Source: Gammaproteobacteria bacterium
GTDB lineage: Bacteria; Pseudomonadota; Gammaproteobacteria; Eutrophobiales; Eutrophobiaceae
DNA length: 64,000 nt
Assembly: GCA_965116495.1 (NCBI GenBank)
Contig: OZ220696.1
Coordinates: 1,696,001-1,760,000, forward strand
Direction: 5' to 3'
The notes under the pieces were generated by a model. That model had not been told where the DNA came from. It saw only the letters and a list, made by a program, of their open reading frames with translations, and did no database searches. Position numbers and translations under genes: made by a program. Of the stretch, positions 39,174 through 48,527 are shown in pieces; positions within the stretch are counted from its first letter, which is position 1; every line of letters starts with the position of its first letter.

Positions 39174-39554
39174 CTATTTAAGTTCAACCGTTGCGCCGGC
39201 TTCTTCCAGTTTCGCTTTTACTTCTTCGGCCTCTTCCTTGGCAATTGCTTCCCTGATCGTGGCAGGGACACCTTCAACCAGTTCTTTCGCTTCCTTCAAT
39301 CCCATGCCGGTCAGTGCGCGTACGACCTTGATCACCGGAACCTTGCTGCTGCCAAAACTGCTCATGACTACATCAAATTCAGTTTGTTCCTCAACTTGTT
39401 CGGCGGCGTCAGCAGGACCCGCCGCGGCCACGGCTGCGACAGGCGCTGCAGCGGAAACACCCCATTGTTCTTCCAGTTCCGAGATCAGGCCAACCAGGTC
39501 CATGACCGGCATATTGCTTAAAGCCTCTTTAATTTCATCTTTTGAAACAGACAT
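39174..39554 (-). CDS. rplL: 50S ribosomal protein L7/L12
   Basis: [28 protein letters not shown]. Confidence 0.98.
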   Translation of the reverse strand: MSVSKDEIKEALSNMPVMDLVGLISELEEQWGVSAAAPVAAVAAAGPADAAEQVEEQTEFDVVMSSFGSSKVPVIKVVRALTGMGLKEAKELVEGVPATIREAIAKEEAEEVKAKLEEAGATVELK

Positions 39555-39592
39555 TTTCTACTCCTCTCTGATACGATTTACTGAACGTGTGA

Positions 39593-40117
39593 TTATGTGG
39601 ATTGTTGTTCGCGGCGGGCATCAAACAACCGAAGGAGTTTCGCCTCCGGTTCTGACAGGACTCGCAGGAATTTGCCGAGCGGGGCCTGCAGCAAGCCCAG
39701 CAACATGGAACGCGCCTGCTCCAGTGAGGGCAAACTTGCAACGCGTTCAATGTCTTTTGAATCAAGCAAGCGGCCATCCATTGAGACAAGCCTGACGACC
39801 AGCTTTTCATTTTCTTTGGCGAAGTCGCGTATGACTTTCGCGGCAGACCCCGGTTCTTCACTGGAAAAGGCAAGGACCAGCGGACCCGTCAGCGTAGCAC
39901 GCATGCAATCGAACTGCGTTCCCTCCAGGGCCCGGCGCGCCAGGGTGTTCCGAACTACCTTGAGATAGATGCCAGCGTTCCGGGCTGAGCGCCTCAACGC
40001 GGTCATCTCCGCAACATTCAAGCCGCTGTACTCTGCAGCTATTGCTGCCGGCGCCGCGGCAGCCACCGCCGCGACTTCAGCTACAACCGCCTGCTTCTGT
40101 TCCAGTGTAAGACCCAC
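39593..40117 (-). CDS. rplJ: 50S ribosomal protein L10
   Basis: KVVRNTLARRA, ASLPS; GTG start. Confidence 0.96.
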   Translation of the reverse strand: MGLTLEQKQAVVAEVAAVAAAAPAAIAAEYSGLNVAEMTALRRSARNAGIYLKVVRNTLARRALEGTQFDCMRATLTGPLVLAFSSEEPGSAAKVIRDFAKENEKLVVRLVSMDGRLLDSKDIERVASLPSLEQARSMLLGLLQAPLGKFLRVLSEPEAKLLRLFDARREQQST

Positions 40118-40134
40118 GAGCCTGCCTCCTGTGA

Positions 40135-40824
40135 TTATGTTGCTGCCTGGTCAACCACAACACCCGGTCCCATCGTGGTTGAAAGACTGATTTTCTTCAG
40201 ATAAACACCCTTTGCAGAACCCGGTTTTGCCTTTTTCAGGTCGGTCAGGAGGGTATCCAGATTTTCCATAAGATCCTCCACTGCAAACGAAGTCTTGCCA
40301 ATCCCGCAGTGGATGATCCCGTTCTTGTCCGTGCGGTAACGAACCTGGCCCGCTTTTGCATTGCGTACCGCCTGGCTGATATCCCTGGTCACCGTGCCGA
40401 CCTTGGGGTTGGGCATTAATCCCCTGGGCCCAAGCAGTTTCCCGAGCTTGCCTACTACCGGCATGGCATCCGGTGCGGCTACCACCACATTGAAATCCAT
40501 CAGTCCGGCCTGGATCTGTTCGGCCAGGTCCTGCATACCTATGTATTCAGCGCCCGCCTCCCGGGCTTCATCTGCCTGTCCACCCTGGGCAAACACGGCG
40601 ACCTTGACGACTTTGCCGGTGCCCTGGGGCAGAACGGTCGACCCCCTGACGATCTGGTCGGATTTTCTCGGGTCAACGCCGAGGTTGATTGCCACCTCGA
40701 CAGTTTCGTCAAATTTCGCGGTTGCGCCCTCTTTGAGCAGATTAAGGGCATCCAGGACGGGATAGGATTTTCCGCCATCGATTTTTGCCCTGGCCTCACG
40801 GGCGCGTTTGGATGATGCTGACAC
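40135..40824 (-). CDS. rplA: 50S ribosomal protein L1
   Basis: [31 protein letters not shown]; GTG at 40824 preferred for RBS spacing. Confidence 0.97.
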   Translation of the reverse strand: MSASSKRAREARAKIDGGKSYPVLDALNLLKEGATAKFDETVEVAINLGVDPRKSDQIVRGSTVLPQGTGKVVKVAVFAQGGQADEAREAGAEYIGMQDLAEQIQAGLMDFNVVVAAPDAMPVVGKLGKLLGPRGLMPNPKVGTVTRDISQAVRNAKAGQVRYRTDKNGIIHCGIGKTSFAVEDLMENLDTLLTDLKKAKPGSAKGVYLKKISLSTTMGPGVVVDQAAT

Positions 40825-40825
40825 G

Positions 40826-41272
40826 TTATACAACCTCCGTCTCTATACCCATGCTCCTTGCCGTCCCGGCAATCGTGCGCACGGCTGCATCCATGTCCAT
40901 AGCGGTCAGATCCGGTTCCTTGGACCTGGCTATCTCTTCCATTTGCGCCCGGGTAACCTTACCGACCTTGTCCGTGTTGGGAGTCCCGCTGCCGGTTTCG
41001 ATGCCTGCAGCCTTTTTCAGCAGGTAGGATGCCGGGGGCGTCTTTGTTTCAAATGAAAAAGTCTTGTCCGTGTAGACACTGATGATTACCGGTACGGGCA
41101 AACCTTCTTCCGTATTCTGGGTTTTTGCGTTGAAGGCCTTGCAAAACTCCATAATATTCAACCCGTGCTGGCCCAGCGCCGGACCGACAGGTGGGCTGGG
41201 ACTAGCCTTTCCCGCCGGCACCTGCAACTTGATGAAGGTGCTGATTTTTTTTGAACTGGTTTTCTTTGCCAC
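40826..41272 (-). CDS. rplK: 50S ribosomal protein L11
   Basis: [27 protein letters not shown]. Confidence 0.98.
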   Translation of the reverse strand: MAKKTSSKKISTFIKLQVPAGKASPSPPVGPALGQHGLNIMEFCKAFNAKTQNTEEGLPVPVIISVYTDKTFSFETKTPPASYLLKKAAGIETGSGTPNTDKVGKVTRAQMEEIARSKEPDLTAMDMDAAVRTIAGTARSMGIETEVV

Positions 41273-41308
41273 TGTTTACTCCCGCTGACTACGCTGTAAC
41301 AAGACCTC

Positions 41309-41842
41309 TTATTCTTTCTCCACCTGGGTGAACTCAAGCTCTACCGGTGTAGAACGCCCGAAAATCAATACGGATACCCGCAATCGGCTCTTTTCATAAT
41401 TTACTTCTTCCACTACACCGTTAAAATCCGTAAACGGCCCGTCAGTTACCCGTACAACCTCGCCGGGCTCGAACAGAATTTTCGGTCTGGGTTTATCCAC
41501 ACCTTCTTCGACACGCTGCAGGATGGAATCTGCTTCAGCAGTGGATATCGGCACCGGTCTATCCGTTGTTCCACCAATAAAGCCCAACACCCTGGGCGCT
41601 TCCTTGACCAGGTGCCAGGTCGCATCGTTCATTTCCATTTGTACCAGTACATAACCCGGAAAAAACTTGCGGTCGCTTTTTCGCTTCTTGCCGTCGCGCA
41701 TCTCCACGACTTCTTCGGTAGGCACCAGGATGTCACCGAACTGATCCTTCAAATCACTCCGCTCAATACGTTCCGTCAAGGTACGCATGACATTTTGTTC
41801 ATGACCGGAATAGGCCTGCACCACATACCATTTGAGCCCCAT
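41309..41842 (-). CDS. nusG: Transcription termination/antitermination factor NusG
   Basis: [26 protein letters not shown]. Confidence 0.98.
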   Translation of the reverse strand: MGLKWYVVQAYSGHEQNVMRTLTERIERSDLKDQFGDILVPTEEVVEMRDGKKRKSDRKFFPGYVLVQMEMNDATWHLVKEAPRVLGFIGGTTDRPVPISTAEADSILQRVEEGVDKPRPKILFEPGEVVRVTDGPFTDFNGVVEEVNYEKSRLRVSVLIFGRSTPVELEFTQVEKE

Positions 41843-41846
41843 CAGT

Positions 41847-42221
41847 TCACCCTCCCGGTCCGCCTATCAATAACCTGATCGCCCAGCCCAGCACTGAATC
41901 CAGCCCCCATAAAATCAGGGCAGCCAAGATGACCACACCTATTACCAGAAGCGTTGTCTGTGTCGTCTCCTGGCGCGTGGGCCAAACCACCTTGCGCACT
42001 TCAACCTGGGCCTCCTGCAAAAAATTCCACAGGTCTCTGCCCGGTTCCGTCTGCAAACCTATCCAGGCGGCAACACCCGTGGCTGCCAGTAATCCGGCAA
42101 CCCTTAACGGCGTTGACTGTTCATCAAAAATATAAAAGCCGGCCACTGCAGCGATGACAATCAGCGCGGCAATGACCAGTTTTACCAGGTCAAACTTTAC
42201 GTTCACTGTCTCTGAACTCAT
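41847..42221 (-). CDS. secE: Preprotein translocase SecE
   Basis: [13 protein letters not shown]; three TM segments. Confidence 0.96.
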   Translation of the reverse strand: MSSETVNVKFDLVKLVIAALIVIAAVAGFYIFDEQSTPLRVAGLLAATGVAAWIGLQTEPGRDLWNFLQEAQVEVRKVVWPTRQETTQTTLLVIGVVILAALILWGLDSVLGWAIRLLIGGPGG

Positions 42222-42241
42222 CGCTTAACCCATCATATGTA

Positions 42242-42315
42242 TGGGGTCAGGGTAAAAATACAGCAGACCGGCATGTAGCATTGGTTTGTCATCATATATT
42301 TTTACCCTGACCCCA
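42242..42315. repeat. Second GGGGTCAG MITE/REPIN-like element (19-bp perfect arms)
   Basis: TGGGGTCAGGGTAAAAATA-N36-TATTTTTACCCTGACCCCA. Confidence 0.85.
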
Positions 42316-42330
42316 AATATCATGTCCAGT

Positions 42331-42406
42331 TGGCAGGCCAGGAGGGAATCGAACCCCCAACCTGCGGTTTTGGAGACCGCCGCTCTGCCAATTGAGCTAC
42401 TGGCCT
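42331..42406 (-). tRNA. tRNA-Trp(CCA)
   Basis: AGGCCAG..CTGGCCT-G-CCA; anticodon loop CTCCAAA; canonical tuf-trnW-secE position. Confidence 0.96.
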
Positions 42407-42560
42407 ATGCTAATCTTCCTCAGTGTAATCGCGACATGCATTGCCTGACCCTGTGCAGCTTGCCGGCAGGGGTACAGGTCCGAAATGCTGGTAAATCCAG
42501 AGACAGGCTTGCGCCGGCATGACGAGTGTCGCTATTCAAGCGTCGTTAATCCGGGAGCTG

Positions 42561-43751
42561 TTATTCGATAATCTTGCTGACGACGCCGGCGCCTACGGTA
42601 CGGCCACCTTCACGTATCGCGAACCGCACCCCTTCTTCCATGGCAATGGGGGATATCAAGTCCACAACCATACGGATGTTGTCGCCCGGCATCACCATCT
42701 CGGAACCTTCGGGCAACTCTACCGCGCCTGTCACGTCTGTGGTACGAAAATAAAACTGTGGCCGATAATTACTGAAAAACGGTGTATGTCGTCCTCCCTC
42801 TTCCTTGCTTAACACATACACCTCACACTCGAACTTCGTATGTGGCGTGATACTCCCGGGTACACAGAGTACCTGTCCGCGCTCTACCTCATCCCGCTTG
42901 GTACCACGCAGCAATACGCCCACATTATCGCCGGCCTGTCCCTCGTCCAGCAACTTGCGAAACATTTCCACGCCCGTACAGGTCGTCTTCGTCGTCTCGC
43001 GTATTCCGACTATCTCAACCTCTTCTCCTACCCGGATAATGCCGCGTTCCACCCGGCCGGTAACCACTGTTCCACGGCCGCTAATCGAAAAGACATCTTC
43101 TATGGGCAGCAAGAACGGCTGGTCCACAGGGCGTTCCGGTATCGGTATGTATTCATCCATTGCCTGCATCAGGCGGTCGACCGAACCCATGCCCATCTCA
43201 CCTTCATCACCTTCCAACGCCTGCAACGCACTGCCCGTTATGACCGGCGTATCATCACCGGGGAACTCGTAGGTGTCCAGCAACTCCCGCACCTCCAACT
43301 CTACCAGTTCCAGCAATTCTTCATCATCCACCTGGTCGGCCTTATTCAGGTACACCACGATCTTGGGTACGCCCACCTGGCGCGCGAGCAATATGTGTTC
43401 GCGGGTCTGAGGCATCGGCCCGTCCGCGGCGCTCACCACCAGTACCGCGCCATCCATCTGCGCCGCGCCCGTGATCATGTTTTTCACATAATCCGCATGG
43501 CCCGGACAATCCACATGGGCATAGTGACGGTTCTCACTTTCATATTCAACGTGCGCCGTTGCAATCGTGATACCGCGTTCGCGTTCTTCCGGTGCATTAT
43601 CAATCTGGTCATACGCTTTCACTTCCCCGCCGAAGCGCGCGGCCATCGCCTGCGTAATCGCTGCCGTCAGGGTCGTCTTCCCGTGATCGACATGGCCGAT
43701 CGTTCCTACGTTAACGTGAGGCTTCGTTCGTTGAAATTTTTCCTTGGACAT
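42561..43751 (-). CDS. tuf: Elongation factor Tu
   Basis: [31 protein letters not shown]. Confidence 0.99.
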   Translation of the reverse strand: MSKEKFQRTKPHVNVGTIGHVDHGKTTLTAAITQAMAARFGGEVKAYDQIDNAPEERERGITIATAHVEYESENRHYAHVDCPGHADYVKNMITGAAQMDGAVLVVSAADGPMPQTREHILLARQVGVPKIVVYLNKADQVDDEELLELVELEVRELLDTYEFPGDDTPVITGSALQALEGDEGEMGMGSVDRLMQAMDEYIPIPERPVDQPFLLPIEDVFSISGRGTVVTGRVERGIIRVGEEVEIVGIRETTKTTCTGVEMFRKLLDEGQAGDNVGVLLRGTKRDEVERGQVLCVPGSITPHTKFECEVYVLSKEEGGRHTPFFSNYRPQFYFRTTDVTGAVELPEGSEMVMPGDNIRMVVDLISPIAMEEGVRFAIREGGRTVGAGVVSKIIE

Positions 43752-43792
43752 ACAATATTCTCCTCAGACTGTTAAATATAAAAAATTGTTCA

Positions 43793-43868
43793 TGGAGCCC
43801 ATAACCGGAATTGAACCGGTGACCTCTTCCTTACCAAGAAAGTGCTCTACCGACTGAGCTATATGGGC
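43793..43868 (-). tRNA. tRNA-Thr(GGT)
   Basis: GCCCATA..TATGGGC-T-CCA; anticodon GGT. Confidence 0.96.
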
Positions 43869-43893
43869 ATCGACCCTGCTTCTCCGCTGTAAC

Positions 43894-43967
43894 TGGAGCG
43901 GGTGATGGGAATCGAACCCACGCCGTCAGCTTGGAAGGCTGAAGTTCTACCATTGAACTACACCCGC
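43894..43967 (-). tRNA. tRNA-Gly(TCC)
   Basis: GCGGGTG..CACCCGC-T-CCA; anticodon TCC; 74 nt. Confidence 0.96.
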
Positions 43968-44053
43968 CAGGTAACACCGGTCAGAATCTCTACTGTCACA
44001 ACGGCATTCCGCAATCATGCCCTATCGTTGTTTCCCTACCCCCTGCACCATCT

Positions 44054-44138
44054 TGGTGGAGGGGGTAGGATTCGAACCTACGAAGGCGTCGCCAGCAGAT
44101 TTACAGTCTGCCCCCGTTGACCGCTTGGGTACCCCTCC
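44054..44138 (-). tRNA. tRNA-Tyr(GTA)
   Basis: GGAGGGG..CCCCTCC-A-CCA; anticodon GTA; long variable arm. Confidence 0.96.
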
Positions 44139-44157
44139 GGATTTAAGCAAGCCCATC

Positions 44158-44186
44158 ATTCTGATATAAACCATCTATTCTGTCAA
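44158..44186 (-). promoter_or_regulatory. Sigma-70 promoter of the tRNA-tuf operon
   Basis: TTGACA-N17-CAGAAT ending about 20 bp upstream of tRNA-Tyr. Confidence 0.65.
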
Positions 44187-44326
44187 CACACATGATTAAA
44201 AATTTGTCTCTGCGGACTTTCCCTGCGTTGCCGCCGGTTGGCCGGGACTATACCAAGGGTTCTAAATAACATGACTATATGTTATGATCGGCCGAAAAAC
44301 CACCGCCCAGAAAAAGGGGAAACAGC

Positions 44327-45484
44327 GTGAAAAAATTTATCTTCCTACTCTTGTTGGGGCTTGCTTTTCTGTTGTCAGGTTGTGGAAACAACGGTGAGCC
44401 CAGACCCGAACCCTTAATGGATCAGGAGCCTGAGCCCGAGCCTGAGCCTGAGCCTGAGCCGGAACCTGAACCCGAGCCGGAGCCGGAACCCGAGCCGGAA
44501 CCCGAGCCCGAGCCGGAACCTGAACCTGAGCCTGAGCCGGAACCCGAGCCCGAGCCGGAACCTGAACCCATGGGCAGGTTCCCTGACATCGAATGGGCAT
44601 TAGATGCAGATCAAACCCTGACCAGTATCGGCGGTACGGCGCTTGATCTCACGGAGGACCAGGTAAGAAATACTATAACAGGAATAGCAGACAGTACCGA
44701 CACGGACACGTATCTCACCAGCACCCTGGCCCTGCTTGTCACCGGTGATGACGATATCTTTACCACATCCGATTGTGAGGGATCGACATGCAACGCCGGT
44801 CCCGGCGGCATCCAGCAGATCGGCATTGACGATCACGACCTGGTGGGGAATGAGTACCAGGCGGTCATGACCTACGGGGGCATTTCCTTTGCCCAGTCGC
44901 GCAGGGCAGGTGAAGAAATTCCTCTCGTCGGTACCAGTGATACAACCGAGGTTCTCACTTACGGCGGCTGGCTTGATCACCACTACTTCGGCGTACAGGC
45001 GACGTTCGACGGGAACACTGAAGACCCCAGCCAGGTAGCCATATTCAGTTTTACGTTCGGTAACGCTAGCGGAACCAACCCTGATGACTCCGGCAGCGGC
45101 ACCTGGAACGGCGTTGCAATCGGGGTTAACCTGCTTGAACGGTTCGAGGACCGCAGCCTGCTTACGGCCGATGTCTCCATCACGGTTGCCGATTTCCTTA
45201 ACCCGACGGTGGATGTCCTGTTCGACAATATCAAAGACCTCAGGACGGGCGAGGACCTGGTCGTAAGCGGTGTTACCGTAGAATCCGTAGATTGGGCGGG
45301 TCTTGACCTGACCGATGGTTCGTTTGCAGAAGAACTGGGAGATGTTGAAGATCCACTTAACCTGTCCCAGCCACGTAAACGGATAGCAGCCCACTTCTAC
45401 GGGCCAGGGCACGAGGAAGTCGGTGGTATCTTCGAATACTTCTCGGTAGTCGGCTCGTTCGGCGCCAAGCGCGATGATCAATAA
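44327..45484 (+). CDS. Surface lipoprotein with (EP)24 linker and C-terminal TbpB-like beta-barrel (Slam substrate)
   Basis: Lipobox LLSG-C; Glu-Pro repeat; C-terminal [21 protein letters not shown] signature. Confidence 0.85.
   Translation: MKKFIFLLLLGLAFLLSGCGNNGEPRPEPLMDQEPEPEPEPEPEPEPEPEPEPEPEPEPEPEPEPEPEPEPEPEPEPEPEPMGRFPDIEWALDADQTLTSIGGTALDLTEDQVRNTITGIADSTDTDTYLTSTLALLVTGDDDIFTTSDCEGSTCNAGPGGIQQIGIDDHDLVGNEYQAVMTYGGISFAQSRRAGEEIPLVGTSDTTEVLTYGGWLDHHYFGVQATFDGNTEDPSQVAIFSFTFGNASGTNPDDSGSGTWNGVAIGVNLLERFEDRSLLTADVSITVADFLNPTVDVLFDNIKDLRTGEDLVVSGVTVESVDWAGLDLTDGSFAEELGDVEDPLNLSQPRKRIAAHFYGPGHEEVGGIFEYFSVVGSFGAKRDDQ
44426..44569 (+). repeat. Coding hexanucleotide tandem repeat GARCCN x24 (Glu-Pro)
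   Basis: 144 bp of GAG/GAA + CCN units. Confidence 0.95.
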
Positions 45485-45497
45485 CCGGAAAACCAAC

Positions 45498-45529
45498 AGG
45501 GGACAGAATTAATTCTGTCCCCTTTTTCT
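45498..45529 (+). repeat. Perfect 26-bp GGGGAC palindrome plus T-run (may act as terminator)
   Basis: AGGGGACAGAATT|AATTCTGTCCCCT followed by TTTTCT, between the lipoprotein and Slam genes. Confidence 0.7.
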
Positions 45530-45551
45530 TGCTGTACCCCTTAACCTTCCG

Positions 45552-46994
45552 ATGTCTACGACACAGCCCGGTTACATTTTCGTAACCGGGAGATTTCCTG
45601 CATTTATCTGTATCGTCTCGCTTATATGTGTCTGGGCGTGCGCGACACAGGCTCAGGATGATAACACCGGCAATGGCGCGCAGCCGGCTGACGTGACTGA
45701 CAAACTGCCCCTTCTTGATGCCGGAACGGCCATGAGGCTGGCCCGCAAGTGGACCGATGAAGGACAACCGCAACGGGCATTTGAATTGTTACGCCGCGTC
45801 ATGCAGGCCGCCAGGGCCGAAGGCGATATCGATACCACCAATTTCCGCTTCCTGGCGGCACAGGCCTTGTTGAAAATGGGTCGCCCTGCCCATGCGGCGG
45901 TGATCCTGGGCCAACTGGCGGTGGAACACCCGGAACTGAATCGGGTACGCCTGGATTATGCTGCCGCGCTGTTCACCCTCGGACATGACGAACATGCGGA
46001 ATCCCTGTTCCGGGAACTGCGCAGCAAGGACGACCTGCCGGCGCCGGTGCGGCGCAACGTGGAGGGTTTCCTGGAACGTATCCGGGCGCGCCAGAGGTTC
46101 CAGGTCAACTTCGATTTCGGCTTCTGGCGCGACAATAACGTCAATCATGCCCCGGAACAGGACACGGTCCAGGTGCCCATATTCGGCGGGCTGGAATTCG
46201 AACTGGACGAACAGGCGGTAAAAGCCTGGGTGGCGCGTACCGGTCTGAACCTGCGCTGGCGCCATACCCTCCTGCTGGGCGGACGCGCCTACTTCGAGAC
46301 CCGCGCGGGGGTTGCCCGCAACACGGCCATCAATGCAGAAGAACATAACCGCACCTGGCTTAACCTGTCGTCCGGACCGCGCTGGCGCTATGCCATGAAC
46401 CTTGCGGGACAACGCCGGCCCGGTATGCTGCGCGCCGATATCGGCGGCGAACAACGCTGGCGCGGCGGTGGCAACTACGCGATCAGCGGCTGGGCCAAGC
46501 TGGGATTGGACCAGACCCTTAACAGGAACTGGAGCGCCGGTGCCTCTGCCCGCGTCTGGGAAACCCGTTATAACAAACTGGATAAGGACCTTGACCCGTT
46601 CGGGCAGTCCCTCGAACTGAACCTCGTCCGGCGCCTGGGCTTGGGCCGCCTGCAAGCCGGCGCCAGACTGGCACAGGAAACCACGGATCGCCGTAACCTG
46701 CGCTGGCAGGGGTGGGGAACATCGCTCGGTTACAGTACGATACTCGGGCAGAACTGGAACCTGGCTGCGCGGGCATACATTGATGAACGGTATTACGAAG
46801 GAACATACCCGCTGTTCAGGGAAGACCGCAAAGACCAGACGATCATTGCCAACCTTACCGTCTCCAACCGCGCGATAGCAGTAGCGGGTTACATGCCGGA
46901 ACTCACGGTAGGCTGGTCGCAAACCGACTCGACCATTCCGTTATACGACCGGCAGAATCGAATCTTTATGCTCGGCCTGCGCCGATTGTTCTGA
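45552..46994 (+). CDS. Surface lipoprotein assembly modifier (Slam/DUF560; type XI secretion translocon)
   Basis: Signal peptide, TPR region (RVRLDYAAALF), DNNVNHAP motif, amphipathic beta strands, SxIPLYD, terminal Phe; adjacent to a TbpB-like lipoprotein. Confidence 0.85.
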   Translation: MSTTQPGYIFVTGRFPAFICIVSLICVWACATQAQDDNTGNGAQPADVTDKLPLLDAGTAMRLARKWTDEGQPQRAFELLRRVMQAARAEGDIDTTNFRFLAAQALLKMGRPAHAAVILGQLAVEHPELNRVRLDYAAALFTLGHDEHAESLFRELRSKDDLPAPVRRNVEGFLERIRARQRFQVNFDFGFWRDNNVNHAPEQDTVQVPIFGGLEFELDEQAVKAWVARTGLNLRWRHTLLLGGRAYFETRAGVARNTAINAEEHNRTWLNLSSGPRWRYAMNLAGQRRPGMLRADIGGEQRWRGGGNYAISGWAKLGLDQTLNRNWSAGASARVWETRYNKLDKDLDPFGQSLELNLVRRLGLGRLQAGARLAQETTDRRNLRWQGWGTSLGYSTILGQNWNLAARAYIDERYYEGTYPLFREDRKDQTIIANLTVSNRAIAVAGYMPELTVGWSQTDSTIPLYDRQNRIFMLGLRRLF

Positions 46995-46995
46995 T

Positions 46996-47108
46996 AATTT
47001 GGGACACCCATAAATTCACGGGCATATTAAATTTGGGACACCCATCATATTAAATTTGGGACACCCATAATTTTACACACTTATTTAATTTATGGGTGTC
47101 CCAAATTT
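46996..47108. repeat. AATTTGGGACACCCAT cluster (3 direct copies + 1 inverted)
   Basis: Read directly from the sequence between convergent genes. Confidence 0.85.
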
Positions 47109-48391
47109 CAGACCTGCGCCAGGACGTCTTCCAGTACGGATAAAAGTAAATCCGCGTTGTCTTTTGAAAACGGCAGGGGAGGCCGCATCTTCAATACGTT
47201 GTCGTACACGCCTACGTTGCTGATCAGTATCCCTTTATCTTTCATGGCGTTGACGACGTGTTTGGTCTCATCCCGCGCCGGTGTCTTTTGCTCCTGGTCA
47301 GTCACCAGTTCGACGCCGATGAACAGACCGTGGCCGCGCACATCGCCGATGAGGTCATGTTCGGCCTGCAAGCTGCGCAATCCGTCTCTTATATACTCGC
47401 CCACGATCCGGGAGTTTTCCTGCAGGTTTTCCTGTTCGATGACATCCAGCACCGCCATGCCCACCGCGCACTGCACCGGGTTGCCCCCGAAAGTATTGAA
47501 ATACATAACCTGTTCCCGGAAATTATTCACCAGGTCGGCGCGGGCCACTACCCCGCCGACCGGGTGCCCGTTGCCCATGGGTTTGCCCATGGTGGCGATA
47601 TCCGGCGTAACGCCGCCTACCTGGTAGCCCCACATTTTCCTGCCGGTGCGGGCGAAACCGCACTGCACCTCATCGGCGATGTAGAGGCCGCCGGCAGCGC
47701 GTACATACTCCATAGTCTGTTCCATGTAACCGGGCGGGACGCTGGGCAAGCCCTCATTGGCGAAGATGGAACAGATCAACATGCCGGCGAAACCGGTGCC
47801 GTCTTCCTCGAACTCATCGATGGCCTGTTTTACCCTTGCTGCGTATGCGGCGGCCAGGGCCTCGCCCGCCAGGCCGTCCAGGGGCCGGTAGGTCTCCGGG
47901 AAAGGTACGGTTTTTACATTCGGGCTGGGGGATTCACCGCCATGGAAGATAGTGGACAATTCATCTACCGCCGTGGTATTGCCGTGGTAAGTGAAGTTGG
48001 TACAGATAATGCCCTGTTTGCCGGTGGCCCGGCGCGCCATGCGCAGGGCGATCTCGTTGGCCTCACTGCCGGTGCAGACGATGAAGGCCATGGACAGGGG
48101 TTCGTTGTGCAGGGTAGTCAGGCGCTCTGCATATTCCAGCACCAGTTCGTGCAGGTAGCGGTTATGGACGTTCAGGGTCTGTGACTGCCGGTACAAGGCC
48201 TCAACCACGTGGGGATGGCAGTGCCCCACGTTGGGCACGTTATTGTACACGTCCAGGTATTTTTTCCCGTCAGCGTCGTACAGCCAGACGCCCTCGCCCC
48301 TGACGATATGCACCGGTTCATTGTAGAACAGGGGGGCGCCAGCGCCCAGCAGGCGGTAGCGCCGCTCCAGGAGTTGTGTGTCAATTGTCAT
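47108..48391 (-). CDS. Class III PLP aminotransferase (AGXT2/PHYKPL-like)
   Basis: YLDVYNNVPNVGH, GSEANE, ADEVQCGFAR, MGKPMGNG (PLP Lys), FNTFGGNP. Confidence 0.92.
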   Translation of the reverse strand: MTIDTQLLERRYRLLGAGAPLFYNEPVHIVRGEGVWLYDADGKKYLDVYNNVPNVGHCHPHVVEALYRQSQTLNVHNRYLHELVLEYAERLTTLHNEPLSMAFIVCTGSEANEIALRMARRATGKQGIICTNFTYHGNTTAVDELSTIFHGGESPSPNVKTVPFPETYRPLDGLAGEALAAAYAARVKQAIDEFEEDGTGFAGMLICSIFANEGLPSVPPGYMEQTMEYVRAAGGLYIADEVQCGFARTGRKMWGYQVGGVTPDIATMGKPMGNGHPVGGVVARADLVNNFREQVMYFNTFGGNPVQCAVGMAVLDVIEQENLQENSRIVGEYIRDGLRSLQAEHDLIGDVRGHGLFIGVELVTDQEQKTPARDETKHVVNAMKDKGILISNVGVYDNVLKMRPPLPFSKDNADLLLSVLEDVLAQV

Positions 48392-48420
48392 TTTTTTCAA
48401 TGACAATTTACCAACCATTT

Positions 48421-48517
48421 CGTCATTCCTGCGGATGCAGGAATCCAGCGAAATAAAGAGTCTCCCCTTGGATGACACACTATCATACCGGATGCCGGTT
48501 CAAGCCCGGCATGACGA
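48421..48517. repeat. Inverted pair of CGTC-type REPs
   Basis: CGTCATTCCTGCGGATGCAGGAATCCAG ... CCGGATGCCGGTTCAAGCCCGGCATGACG. Confidence 0.75.
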
Positions 48518-48527
48518 ACCTGGGACG

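Noticed and set aside
44426-44569. TonB protein suggested by the EP repeat
   Set aside because: Has a lipobox and TbpB-like barrel; no TonB TM anchor, KP repeat or TonB C-terminal domain.
44600-46922. Long minus-strand ORFs (298 aa and 377 aa)
   Set aside because: Antisense to the lipoprotein and Slam genes; no motifs; expected in GC-rich coding DNA.
46996-47108. Mini CRISPR array
   Set aside because: Units are only about 16-21 bp, spacers are short and unequal, one copy is inverted, and no cas genes are present; same for 52047-52148.
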